Shown one piece after another: positions 49,558-62,711 of a stretch of DNA of 64,000 nucleotides. Below the pieces are notes generated by a model. The model saw only the letters and a list, made by a program, of their open reading frames with translations, ran no database searches and had not been told where the DNA came from. Source of the stretch: Octopus bimaculoides (taxonomy: Eukaryota); NCBI RefSeq assembly GCF_001194135.2, contig NC_068993.1, positions 39,712,685 to 39,776,684 on the forward strand, read 5' to 3'. The position numbers were made by a program, and so were the translations under genes. Numbering within the stretch: the stretch's first letter is position 1; each line of letters starts with the position of its first letter.

Positions 49558-49810
49558 GTAAGCAGACATATGTAATAGTGAAGAAAACAAAGAAAATATG
49601 TCAAACAATGGCCGACATACAAAGATAAAAGGAAGCAAAACAACGTAAGTAAAATAAGACACAATAAAAAGAAGACAAACAAGTTGCTTCTTATAATAAA
49701 CGCAAATATCGAGATGTTTATACAGCAGATGGATATGAAGCCAGACGTAAGTACACGCACACCTACAATTATTGTCACATACTTTACAGTACAAATACAC
49801 ACACACAGAC

Positions 49811-49846
<36 letters not shown>

Positions 49847-51546
49847 NNNNNNNNNNNNNNNNNNNNNNNNNNNNNNNNNNNNNNNNNNNNNNNNNNNNNN
49901 NNNNNNNNNNNNNNNNNNNNNNNNNNNNNNNNNNNNNNNNNNNNNNNNNNNNNNNNNNNNNNNNNNNNNNNNNNNNNNNNNNNNNNNNNNNNNNNNNNNN
50001 NNNNNNNNNNNNNNNNNNNNNNNNNNNNNNNNNNNNNNNNNNNNNNNNNNNNNNNNNNNNNNNNNNNNNNNNNNNNNNNNNNNNNNNNNNNNNNNNNNNN
50101 NNNNNNNNNNNNNNNNNNNNNNNNNNNNNNNNNNNNNNNNNNNNNNNNNNNNNNNNNNNNNNNNNNNNNNNNNNNNNNNNNNNNNNNNNNNNNNNNNNNN
50201 NNNNNNNNNNNNNNNNNNNNNNNNNNNNNNNNNNNNNNNNNNNNNNNNNNNNNNNNNNNNNNNNNNNNNNNNNNNNNNNNNNNNNNNNNNNNNNNNNNNN
50301 NNNNNNNNNNNNNNNNNNNNNNNNNNNNNNNNNNNNNNNNNNNNNNNNNNNNNNNNNNNNNNNNNNNNNNNNNNNNNNNNNNNNNNNNNNNNNNNNNNNN
50401 NNNNNNNNNNNNNNNNNNNNNNNNNNNNNNNNNNNNNNNNNNNNNNNNNNNNNNNNNNNNNNNNNNNNNNNNNNNNNNNNNNNNNNNNNNNNNNNNNNNN
50501 NNNNNNNNNNNNNNNNNNNNNNNNNNNNNNNNNNNNNNNNNNNNNNNNNNNNNNNNNNNNNNNNNNNNNNNNNNNNNNNNNNNNNNNNNNNNNNNNNNAT
50601 ATATACATGAATATTAAGCATATATGAATGCATGTTTGTATATATAAAGAACATACATATGCAATCTGTTAGGTACATATATACATATATGCATATATAT
50701 ATGTGTATGCATGAAATAAACATATTTATATGTATGTGTATACTTGTGTGTATATGGGTGTGCATACCTATTTGTGTATATATATATATATATATATATT
50801 GTGTATATAAGTGTGATTATAAAAATATACATGTTTATAGGTATACATATATATTATTTTGCATACATGCCTATATATATATGCACGTATGTAGAAGTCT
50901 GTATACATACACACACGCACACACATATATATGTTGCACACAAACGTGCATATATATATATATATGTACATCCATACGCACCTCTTAATTTATACATATA
51001 TGTCTATGTTTGAGTGTGCGCCTCTGTACACAGACGCATATATATACACATACGTGAACGCAAGTGAGAGAATTGTTATATATATACATATATGTAGAGA
51101 TATATACCTAAAAACGAATGAAAATAATTCAACAAATAAATAACATTGACAAAGAAAATGCCTGTTTAACAATGTAAATTGGTTTCTTTTTGTGTACGCA
51201 TATATGTCTGTGCTATGTATATGTGGTGTTTTATTTGTGTCAGGTAGGTGCGTGTGCGAATCTATATATGCTTGGATGATCTCATGTATGTGTATGCATA
51301 TATGTATATATATGTATAGATCTTTCTAAATATATATATATATATATATATATTCATATTCAAATATATGCATACATATATAATTGGATCTCCTTACGTA
51401 CACATGTGCATATATATGTATGTGTGTGTATATATTCATATATATGCCTACACAAGCGTATGCACATTTTTGTATATCTATATGTACATATAAGTTTATA
51501 TATGCATATATTTATTTATATATATGTATATGTATACGTATGTATA

Positions 51547-51599
<53 letters not shown>

Positions 51600-52074
51600 C
51601 CCCTTATATATATACATATAGATACGAAACTATATATATTTATATATATATATATATATAGCGATTTTTGAGTATATTTGTTTCTTTTTAGAAAAATCTC
51701 TGTGTCTATTAGAAATTAATCGCTTGTCAATATGGCATAAAGTCATAATATTCTCTGTGTTTTATCATGTTATTTTTATTCTCCTCTCCTTCAATCCCTC
51801 CCGCCCTCTTTATCTCTCCATTCTTATTACTCCCCTTTCTCTCAACAGTTTCAACAGATTTTTAAAGAGAATTGCTTATTGTTTTATAGCTTTGTCTTTT
51901 ACTCACTTTCTCTTTTCTGTTTTGTATTTTTCGGCTTTTCTTTTCGTTTCTACATAATCTTTTGTTTTTATTTTTATGTTATCTTTTTCTCTTTGTTTTA
52001 GTTCTGCTCTCTGTTTGTTTTGCCGCCATTGTTATCTTTATTGTTCATTTTTGCTTTCTTCATACTATTGTAGC

Positions 52075-52123
52075 AATTATTATTATTATCGCTTTTATTC
52101 TTGATATTGATGGTGTTGTTGTG

Positions 52124-52192
<69 letters not shown>

Positions 52193-52484
52193 TTATTTTC
52201 ATCCTCATCATAATCATCATCATAATAATCTTCGTCATCGCCGTCAACACCCTCCTCTTCCTCCTCCCCCTCCTCCTCCTCCTCCTCCTCCTCCTCATCA
52301 TCATCATCATCATCGTCGTCGTCGTCGCCGTCGTCGTTATTATGTTCGTTTTTATCCTTATTATTTGGATCATTGTTATTGTTTTTCTTATTGTTATTCT
52401 CCTCGTTATTATGTTATGTTATTTTTGTTACAGTTACTATTGCTGTTGTCGTCATTATTATTATTATTATTATTATTTTTATTA

Positions 52485-52522
<38 letters not shown>

Positions 52523-52631
52523 GCTTTTGTTGTTGCTTTTGTTGTTATTCTATCGTTAATATTATTAGTATTGTTATTAGTTTACTATTGTCATATATTT
52601 ATCTTGGGCGTTATTGTTCATATTGTTGTCG

Positions 52632-52672
<41 letters not shown>

Positions 52673-52700
52673 CTGACAGTATTATTGTTATTGCTATTTA
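52075..52700. repeat. Compound (ATT)n/(CCT)n/(CAT)n/(CGT)n/(GTT)n array
   Basis: Direct reading. Confidence 0.93.
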
Positions 52701-54547
52701 TGCTATTAGAAATTGATTTATTTTTATCGAGATAACGTATCTTAAAAGGGAAATAGTCGGGGCGGTGTAAGAGAAGGTAAACGGTGGGGCGAAGTCGGAG
52801 ATTGAAATGTGTAGTGGAGGTGAGTGGAATAGAAGAATAGAATGAGAGACGAGGTAAATATAAGCAAAATAGGGAATTTCTTGAGCTCCGTGAAAATTAC
52901 ATAGCGTAAAAATGGCGGACATTGTGATATGAAATTGGTTTTGTTTTCTACACAATATCACAGCTACAGCAGCCGACAACGTCTCCTTCGCCAGCGTCTG
53001 CAACCACCGACGTCGTTGCCGACATCAAACGTTATCCTAGCTGCTATCCCCATTAACAATAGAAGAATCGTTTAAAACAATTTAATTCTAAGCAAATTGA
53101 AGCAATCAGCTTATCAAGACAGAATCAAAACAACGTAATTTCATTGCTGTTATATATCTGTAGGGTTATTTAACCACTTAAAATGCACCGTGTTGAGTCT
53201 ATCCCTTTCTTTCTCTCTATATCTCTCTCTGTCTCTCCCCTCTCTCTCTCTACACACACACACGCACACGTGCACACACATTTGCTAAATGTTTAACACC
53301 TTTATAAATATGTATATATATGCATATATATGTATATATATACACGTGTATATATATATGTATATATATATATATANNNNNNNNNNNNNNNNNNNNNNNN
53401 NNNNNNNNNNNNNNNNNNNNNNNNNNNNNNNNNNNNNNNNNNNNNNNNNNNNNNNNNNNNNNNNNNNNNNNNNNNNNNNNNNNNNNNNNNNNNNNNNNNN
53501 NNNNNNNNNNNNNNNNNNNNNNNNNNNNNNNNNNNNNNNNNNNNNNNNNNNNNNNNNNNNNNNNNNNNNNNNNNNNNNNNNNNNNNNNNNNNNNNNNNNN
53601 NNNNNNNNNNNNNNNNNNNNNNNNNNNNNNNNNNNNNNNNNNNNNNNNNNNNNNNNNNNNNNNNNNNNNNNNNNNNNNNNNNNNNNNNNNNNNNNNNNNN
53701 NNNNNNNNNNNNNNNNNNNNNNNNNNNNNNNNNNNNNNNNNNNNNNNNNNNNNNNNNNNNNNNNNNNNNNNNNNNNNNNNNNNNNNNNTATATATATATA
53801 TATATATGTGCGAATATGTGTGAGTATGTACGTATACAAATATATGCATATACATATTTTCACACACAAGGAATCACCTAAATTATCCCTGTTTATATAG
53901 GTACTATATAGTTTGCATATCTGCAGGAGAAAGTATAGCTTACGTAAAACAACAAAACAGATAATCATTTGCCATATATTTCACGGTCTCTAAGGAAAGG
54001 ATGAAAAAGTTCAGATTTACAGATTTAATCCGATTGAATCAGTGCACCGCATATATATGCATGTATGTATGGATGGATGGATGGATGCATATTGGTATGT
54101 ATGTATTTATCTATTTATTTATGCATTTTTGTAAGTATGAATGTGTGCATCTGTGAATATATATACGTATCTGTGTGTATGTATGCATCTGGATGTATGT
54201 TTGTATGCATATGCATGTGAGAGTTTGGATACATCCATACATGAATAAAAACGTATACCTTGGTTCATACGTTCGTACATGTTACTGCAGGAGATGTACT
54301 TCGAACAAGAAGAATGAACTCCCCGCCCTGACATCCACAAAATACACACTAAATTGATTGCCTGTTGTTTTATATATAAATAAATATTCATTTCCTGTTT
54401 TTCGCTGTAGCAACAGACTATAATCACTGTACAATCAGAAATTGTTATTGTTACTTTTCTTTTCGGGCGCTGACTACTTTTCCTATTTGGCTGTACATTC
54501 AAACATACATTTAAGCTTGTGTGTGTTTGTGTGTATATGTATATATA

Positions 54548-54932
54548 TCGTGGCACTCCGTCGGTTACAGCCACGAGGGTTCCAGCTGATCCGATCAACA
54601 GAACAGCCTGCTCCTGAAATTAACGTCTAAATGGCTGAGCACTCCACGGACACGTGTAGCCTTAACGTAGTTCTCCTGGAGATTCAGCGTGACACAGAGT
54701 GTGACAAGGCTGGCCCTTTGAAATACAAGTACATTAGAAACAAGAAGAAAGAGTGAGAGAAAGCTGTGGTGAAAGAGTACAACAGGGTTCGCCACCAACC
54801 CCCTGCCGGAGCCTCGTGGAGCTTTAGATGTTTTCGCTCAGTAAACACTCACAACGCCCGGTCTCAGAATCGAAACCGCGTTCCCACGACTGCGAGACCA
54901 CCGCCCTAACCACTGGGTCATTGCCCCTCCAC
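54548..54932 (-). mobile_element. tRNA-derived SINE family C, full length (resembles octopus OR-type SINEs)
   Basis: Minus-strand head GTGGAGGGGCAATGACCCAGTGGTTAGGG...GCGGTTTCGATTCTGAGACC (A and B boxes), body AAAGGGCCAGCCTTGTCACAC, ending GGAGTGCCACGA-(TA)n. The family name is from recall only. Confidence 0.85.
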
Positions 54933-54939
54933 TACATAT

Positions 54940-55135
54940 ATATATGTGTGTGTGTGCGCGCGCGTGTGTGTACATATGTTTGTATGTGTGTATGTATGTA
55001 TGTATGCATGCATGTATGTATGTATGTGTGTATGTATGTATGTATGTATGTATGTATGTATGCATGCATGCATGTATGTATGTATGTGTGTATGTATGTA
55101 TGTATGTATATATATATGTATGTATGTATGTATGT
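54940..55135. repeat. (TATG)n/(CATG) tetranucleotide array
   Basis: Direct reading. Confidence 0.95.
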
Positions 55136-57188
55136 AAACGAAGACCGATCAAAAGTCTTGCTGATCAATCCCATTTTCAATCGCTAAAGTTTCAGGTTTG
55201 ATAATTGCTCGTATGGGAAGATCAAGCTACTTTTCGTTTAAATTGTCTATAATGAAACACAATTAGTTCACCTTAAGAGACAACACTTTTTCACTAACAT
55301 ATTGATAAAAACAGCAAAGCAACTAATTTGCAATAATAGAGCTGTAGTTATTGTTGTTTTTTAACCTCACATCAACGATGTTTAAGCAAATCTATAGCTA
55401 ATGACCTTTCTGTTGTGACAATGTGGTTTTTTGATTTTATTTTGTATTTGTTTTTTCACATTTACTGTATTCAGGACTACTTTATTCAACATAGAGTTCC
55501 TTTTCATATTTGGAAGAATTTGATTTCAAGGAGATTTCATTGATATTTATAACTTGTCTAGTGATTGCGTTGGGGCTCGAGGTCTTTTCAAATATTGCTG
55601 TTATTTAGCTCCAGGTCATCCATTATGCAGCACACCTTTGGTCAAATACGTTCCAATTGTAACCATCATATCTGTTTGCTTTGCCTATCTTTTATACTAT
55701 ACTCTTCAATATTTACTTCCGTTTTGTTTTGTTTTTTTAATGTTGGGTGAGATTCGAGGGTACATGGATGCCATTATCAGCGAGATTTTGCAATCGTGTA
55801 GAGGTTATCTCTTGGGGCCAATTGTCTCGGTCGTTAATACATTTGAGAAAAAGTATGAACGCCATAGAATCTCTTTCTTTTCTTCTATAATTGTATAGAT
55901 ATTCACGCGAAAAACCACTGTAATTTGAAATAATAAATCATCCATTTTAATCCAGTGAAATTATTCGAAAAAATAGGCAAATAAATATTATAGAAGAACA
56001 ATGAGAATATATAAAAAGGAAATAAAAAGAAGCCAAAAGAAGTTTCTCAAAAAATTTAAAAAAGAGATATTAAAGGCTAAAAGGTGACAACAATTATCAT
56101 TAGTTGAAGCTTTCTTTATTATGTTCTTCAATAAATAAATACTTGATATCTTCTAATTTCACAAGGATGTTCTTTTTTTTCACCTAAGACCTATTATTTG
56201 ACACCGAACAATGAAGCCATTTTGTAAGCTAATCATTATCTCTTTACTCTTCCTCTTCAACGGTAACAATAACGCCGTTGTAAAGTAGAATAATCGATAA
56301 AACCAATAACCAATTATGTAGAAAATTGACATTATTGATTGACTCTAGATTAGATAATAAATATAATTGCTATATAAAACGTGTTCTTCATAAAATAACA
56401 AACAATGCAATTTTATAAAAGCATTCGAACGAAGATATTTTTGAATAAAACAACAATGAATATAAAGATACTTAAAGAAATATAATTTCGTTTGCTTTTA
56501 TCTTTTAAACAAAGCAATTTCACAGGCAGCTAAATGGAATAAAATGCGAGTTGCTTTAATTCTTAGTTCTTCCTTCTCTCATTCCACCACACCGCTCGTA
56601 TCTATACATTTTTGTTATAGAAAGAAGAAAGAAACACAGTTCATTCAACAACCAGCGAAAGTCTAATCCAATTTAATTATGACGGATGTTAAAGTGGCAA
56701 GCGTTTACCTTTATCTATCACCAACGGCGTAAGGGATAAACAAACACACAAATAACTCTATTGACTTCATCAACGCTAATAAACACAATGAGAATAAATA
56801 CACAATTAACTATAAATCAATTGAAAGCTGATTAGTGTTACATTGTAAACGAAGAGAACAGGAAGAGCGTTATTACGAGAAAGATGAGCGTTACTGAAGT
56901 GAAATAATAGCAATCGGAAATTGTAAATGCCTGGTAAATTCGGTTCATCAGAGCCTACTGACTATTTTATGATAACACTACGATTATAAGGCTGCTCAGT
57001 GTTAGCAAAAAGGTCACTTTAAGTCAACATATTCTCCTTTGAATCAGCGTTAATGTGTTGCGTTAAATGCAACACCTCAACAGTCCTACACATTACCTTG
57101 CACTATACTGTATATACATATACCTACATATACCTACATATACATATATATACATACGCGCGCGTATATATGTATATACATATATATA

Positions 57189-57230
<42 letters not shown>

Positions 57231-57416
57231 GGGCTATAGTACTTGTCCAGACTGTCACACAGCAATTGCAATGAATGATTATCCACATCTTGTCTGACTG
57301 TGCACTTATGATTGTTAGATGGTCTGAGGCTTGGTGTATATCGCCTAAACGTTAATTTGACTTATCGTATTGCTTTAAAGGTTCTGTTCAAGGGTTCACC
57401 ACGGGCTACTCAACGG

Positions 57417-57422
57417 CAGCTG

Positions 57423-57475
<53 letters not shown>

Positions 57476-57476
57476 G

Positions 57477-57514
<38 letters not shown>

Positions 57515-57547
57515 GCTGCTGCTGCTACTACTACTACTACTACTACT
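57417..57547. repeat. (CTA)n with CTG variants
   Basis: Direct reading. Confidence 0.97.
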
Positions 57548-57614
57548 TCTGTACAAATCTTCATCCATCAGGGAAATCTTGACATTGTAGCTCAATCTGC
57601 AGTGAATATATATG

Positions 57615-57770
57615 TACGACGGGCTTCTTTCTACTAAATCCACTTACATAGTTTTGGTTGACCCGAGGCTATAATAGAAGATACTTGCTCAAGATACCAC
57701 GCAGTGGGACTGAACCTGGAACCATGTGGTTGGGAAGCAAGATTCTTACCATAAAGCCACGCCTGCACCT
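57615..57770 (-). mobile_element. SINE family B 5' part
   Basis: CGACGGGCTTCTTTC..CCACGCAGTGGGACTGAACCTGGAACCATGTGGTTGGGAAGCAAG. Confidence 0.88.
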
Positions 57771-58804
57771 ATGCTGTATAAAGAATGTAAAGTGTTCCCT
57801 GATGATCAATTGCATTAAGCACACAAATATATTTGTAACATCCAATGATTAGTTCCAAATAGCTACAATGTTGACACGTACGTTGGAACTAAATATTCAT
57901 ACTGGTGTTTATTTTAATTTCCACTCTATATACATAGAATCATACAGAGTAGTTAGTGAAATCCACCATCTTAAACATCAGTTATACGGGTTGAATATTG
58001 TTGTCGAGTAATTCTCACCTCCGGCTATTTACCAATGATCTTATTAACAGGGTGGACTTTTGGTGTGACACAAGTATAAAAAAATAACGAACGAAGTTTA
58101 AATTTGCGACAATTATTTTGCTAGGAATTTCAATTTTATGTAGTCACAATAGATTACAGTATATATTGGCCAATAATTAAAATAGTCAATGTATGTAAGT
58201 TAAGATTCACTATATGCATATACGCGTAATTTCGCGTGAATTTCAAGTTTCCCAAGCTGAGATATTTAACGCATACCTAAGACAACAGGGGAATAATTAT
58301 TTTGATAATGTTATTTCATAAATTGCATATATACTTTCCTTTTCATTGAATATTGGCCAATTAGTATTTATACAGTTGTACATATTTATCAATTTAATAT
58401 TCACTGCAGGACTACAGGTCAAATTACGAGAATTAATTACGAGATTGACTGGAAAGTAACGACAACACTCTATAGAAAAATTATTTCTTTTCTAGAGAAA
58501 TATTCAGTTAACTTTATATTCACGTTCTTAATTCTTTATAACCTTGCTCAAGTTTCTGTCGAAGACACGGGCACATTGTGTGTATGTATATAGTAGATGC
58601 AGCAATTTCATCGCCACAATGGTATGCTTTTAGACTGTTTCTAATATACTCTCGTGCGTTTTAGCACTATACGAGATGCTTTCTCGAAATGAATAAGACA
58701 GCTTCGTGACTTTCTGTAGTATATCTCCGTTAAGTAAAATATACAGAATGCATATTATATATGTTTGTATTTGCATGTATTTTTCTGTGACTGTGGTAAG
58801 ACAA

Positions 58805-58935
58805 GCGCAGGCGTAGCTGAGCGGTAAGGAGCTTGCTTCCCCAACACACAGTTCTCGGTTCAGTCCCACTGCATGGCACCTTGGCCAAGTGTCTACTACT
58901 AGCCAAGGACTGACCAAAGCCTTGTGAGTGGATTT
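58805..58935 (+). mobile_element. SINE family B head
   Basis: GCGCAGGCGTAGCTGAGCGGTAAGGAGCTTGCTTCCC...CGGTTCAGTCCCACTGCATGGCACCTTGG. Confidence 0.88.
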
Positions 58936-58939
58936 TCCC

Positions 58940-59890
58940 CTTCAATCAATCTTCACAGAACACCTCAGTATAACAAAGAATGAATAAAGAGGCAACTTTC
59001 ATCAATAAATATCTTCTTCAACTAAATATGAACACATAACATAATACAGAACACTACTAACCTTTCAATTAATACCCATACATCCCATGCACCATCCCAT
59101 ACACCGTTCACATTACAGATCTATATCTACCCTAATTACCCCAAATCCAGAACTACTGACCTGCCTTACACATGATCTTTTTACTCAGGGACTAGTAGAC
59201 CTGACACCGTTCAGTAATCGGTATGCATTCAAAGCAATGGTAAGTAATTTTATGAAACCGGTATGCTTTGGAATCTCTTTAACAATTAACAATAATGCCT
59301 TTTATTACTTTGATTTATTCCTACCTCAGTTCATCTAATTGTATATATCTATCGTTACTTTTCATAAAAAGCCGTTCCTTTTTTTGATTTTCAATGTGCA
59401 TTTTCGCTTATTTTTCTTCTTACTTTCCCTTACACCGTTCCTTCTCTCTTTCTCTCACTCTTCCTCTTCCTCCTTAACTCTCTCGTCGCTGAAATATGAC
59501 GAAAGGGGTTCTTTCTTTCTGCCCACTGGTCTTTCTAAAAAGCAGACGTGTTTCTTTCTGTCTCTTCTACTTAACGTTCATGATAATTTTTCTATCATCT
59601 TGGCCAAACAGCCCTCACCGTTTGTTTTTACTGCCTTGTTCTCACTGTCTTGTTTTTACTGTCTTGTTATCACTGTCTTGTTTTTACTGTCTTGTTCTCA
59701 CTGTCCTGTTCTTGTTAACACTTTCACCGTCCGCAAAAAATTCCAAATTTTATTTAATTTGTTTTGCGGGAAGGACTGTTCCAACGAAGTCGCGTATTGT
59801 CCTTGCCTTCGAAACGCGGAGTAGATGGAACAGGGTCAACTGACGAAGGGATATACTCTTTATGTTGCATGTCTCGTTTCTCTGGGTTTT
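58940..59890 (+). mobile_element. Penelope-like element 3' end (GIY-YIG C-terminus plus terminal region)
   Basis: RMNKEATFINKYLLQLNMNT* (58977-59039) fits the PLE endonuclease C-terminal pattern R...E..FI....P.LN; followed by a non-coding tail with a minisatellite and hammerhead-like remnants. Confidence 0.55.
59630..59713. repeat. 14-bp minisatellite x6 (ACTGTCTTGTTnnn)
   Basis: Units end CTC, TTT, ATC, TTT, CTC, CTT. Confidence 0.93.
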
Positions 59891-60269
59891 TTTTNNNNNN
59901 NNNNNNNNNNNNNNNNNNNNNNNNNNNNNNNNNNNNNNNNNNNNNNNNNNNNNNNNNNNNNNNNNNNNNNNNNNNNNNNNNNNNNNNNNNNNNNNNNNNN
60001 NNNNNNNNNNNNNNNNNNNNNNNNNNNNNNNNNNNNNNNNNNNNNNNNNNNNNNNNNNNNNNNNNNNNNNNNNNNNNNNNNNNNNNNNNNNNNNNNNNNN
60101 NNNNNNNNNNNNNNNNNNNNNNNNNNNNNNNNNNNNNNNNNNNNNNNNNNNNNNNNNNNNNNNNNNNNNNNNNNNNNNNNNNNNNNNNNNNNNNNNNNNN
60201 NNNNNNNNNNNNNNNNNNNNNNNNNNNNNNNNNNNNNNNNNNNNNNNNNNNNNNNNNNNNNNNNNNNNN

Positions 60270-60345
<76 letters not shown>

Positions 60346-60972
60346 CTAATTTGTTCCTTCATCGTGGGGCGGCATGCTTTGTCTTTTGAAAACCGTAGTT
60401 AGGCGTAGAAGAAAATAATTCAGAAGCAGTGGAATAGATGGCTACGGATAATCCATAGATCTGTGTTATCAGAATCAAAGCAACGTGAACAACGGCAACC
60501 ACAACAACAACAACGAGGAAAATACTAGATCATAAAATAGCAACAATTCCAAATTCAATTATAAGAACAGTGACATTACCATTAACAACAGAGCAATAAA
60601 CATAGCATTATAAACAGAACATATTGAATATTGTTCTTCTACGAGACATAACAAAAGCTGTGTTTTCTTCGTCAGCAGATGTTAGTACTTTGTCGAAATG
60701 TGCCGAAAACAAACGAGGACATTTACGGCAGACCAATATGGAGTCAGAGCTCTCGCAATCTGATTTTAATTACGTTTTCTGTTTTTTTTTGTTTCGTATC
60801 TAAAAATGGTCGAAGCACTGAGTTTTGTAATTCTATGCTTCTATATAAAATTCTTCACGATGCGAGGATATTTTACAGAAAGACAAGAGTGAGAGTGATT
60901 TGCACGCTGTAGGGTAAAATTTCCACCTAGAGTTACTAAGAATTCAAATATGAAAGAAAAACTAAAACACAT

Positions 60973-61410
60973 GGGCGCAGGTGTGGCAGTGTGAAGAAGT
61001 TTGTTAAGAAGTTAATAAGTTTGTTTTGTAAAAGCACTGTACCCGGTCAGTCTCATTGCGTGGCACCTTGGGCAAATGTCTTCTACTGAAGCATTGGGCT
61101 AACCAAAGCTTTGTGAATGGATTTGGTAGACGGAAACTGAAAGATGCCCCGTCGCAGATATGATACATGTACGTTTGTGTTTGTGTGTGTGTGTGTGTGT
61201 ATGTGCGTGCGTATCCTCTTTTACTGCCGGACAACTGGTGTTAGTGGGTTTGCTTCCCTCGTAACTTAGCGGTTCAACAAAAGACTCCGATAGAATAAGA
61301 ACCGGTTTTTCTTTTTTAAATACATACTGGTGTCGATTTGTTCCACTAAAATTCAAGGCGGTTCTCCAGCCTGACCGCAGTCTAATGATTGATACAATTA
61401 AAAGAAGTAA
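60973..61410 (+). mobile_element. SINE family B, full length
   Basis: GGCGCAGGTGTGGCAGTGTG...GTGGCACCTTGGGCAAATGTCTTCTAC...CGTAACTTAGCGGTTC...GGCGGTTCTCCAGCCTGACCGCAGTCTAATGATTGA. Confidence 0.9.
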
Positions 61411-61834
61411 AAGAATGGTATTGTTAGAAACATTAGATCGTTGAATATAAAGGGTTTTTCGTTATGAAACCCCTTTTTCCGAGTTAAAGTCCAAACAAGA
61501 TCAATTTGTCTCTTATTTTTATGAGAAAAAGAGAACGCTATGAATAACTACAGTTTAAATATTGTGATTGATTTAATCGATTACACAAACGCACAGACAC
61601 GCACACACAGAGACACAGACAAACTCTAACAACTTAATGTCTCTTTGTATAGAAACGTAAGCTTTGGGTAACATAATCTAAAGGAGCACTTAGGTGTGGC
61701 CTTTAAGAAACGCGACAGAATTAAAATTTTTTTTTAGCCTCAGGTCAGTACTTATCGAAAATATCAATGGGCAAAGACCTAGTGTCCATGAACCCCATTA
61801 TTAATTTAATTTTAATTTTAATCTTAATTGCAGA

Positions 61835-62208
61835 CGCAAGCGTGGCTGTGAGCTAAAGAGTTTGCTTACCAACTACATGGTTCTAGGTTCAGTCTCACTG
61901 CATGGCACCTAAGCCTTCTACTATAGCCTTAGGCCGAGCCTTGTGAGTGGATATGGTAGAGAGAAGCTAAAATCTACATGTGTGTGTTTTTGTGTTTGTG
62001 TTTGTCTCCCCGATCATCATTACCTCTTGACAACTGCTAAGTTATGAGGTCGTAACATTAGCAGTTCGACTAAAGAGGCCAATAAAATAAGTACCAAGCT
62101 TAAAAAGATATCAGTTCTGGTATCGATTAATTAGACTAAAAAATCTTCGAGGCGATGCTCCAGCATGATGTCAGTGTAATGATTGAAACATGTAAAAGAT
62201 AAAAGACG
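61835..62208 (+). mobile_element. SINE family B, full length
   Basis: GCGTGGCTGTGAGCTAAAGAGTTTGCTTACCAACTACATGGTTCTAGGTTCAGTC...GGCGATGCTCCAGCATGATGTCAGTGTAATGATTGAAACATGTAAAAG. Confidence 0.88.
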
Positions 62209-62639
62209 TTCATAGACTGTAGCTTCTCTTTTTCCGGAGAGTAAAAATTTATTTTAGGGCTATTACTCCTAGCAAGCCGAAAATCATTAGAGAGGAAAGC
62301 TTAGTGTACAAGCATTAGCGATCACGCTCAGTGTATTATACGCTTCCATACACACACGCACGCATCCACAGACATGCACAAGTAGATGCAAAGCATGCGC
62401 GTTCTAAATATGTTGGAGTTATCTATCCTTCCATTGAGATTTTCTATCAATTGCCTCTAGGTGTTTTATTTTATTCTCCATGTAAAAGACAAATTTTAGG
62501 TCATTTAAAAACATTTAAGTACGACGTTCAGTGTATGTATATATCACAAACCAGGCGAATTGTACATACACACACGTACATACAATATATATACACACAT
62601 ATATATTTATAAGAAGTAAGGTTATATGCATGTATATGA

Positions 62640-62711
<72 letters not shown>

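Noticed and set aside
55554-55898. 114-aa ORF
   Set aside because: No recognisable domain, no convincing splice sites, and a length expected by chance.
59339-59824. 161-aa plus-strand ORF
   Set aside because: Low-complexity F/L/S composition from a pyrimidine-rich tract and a minisatellite, inside the PLE terminal region.
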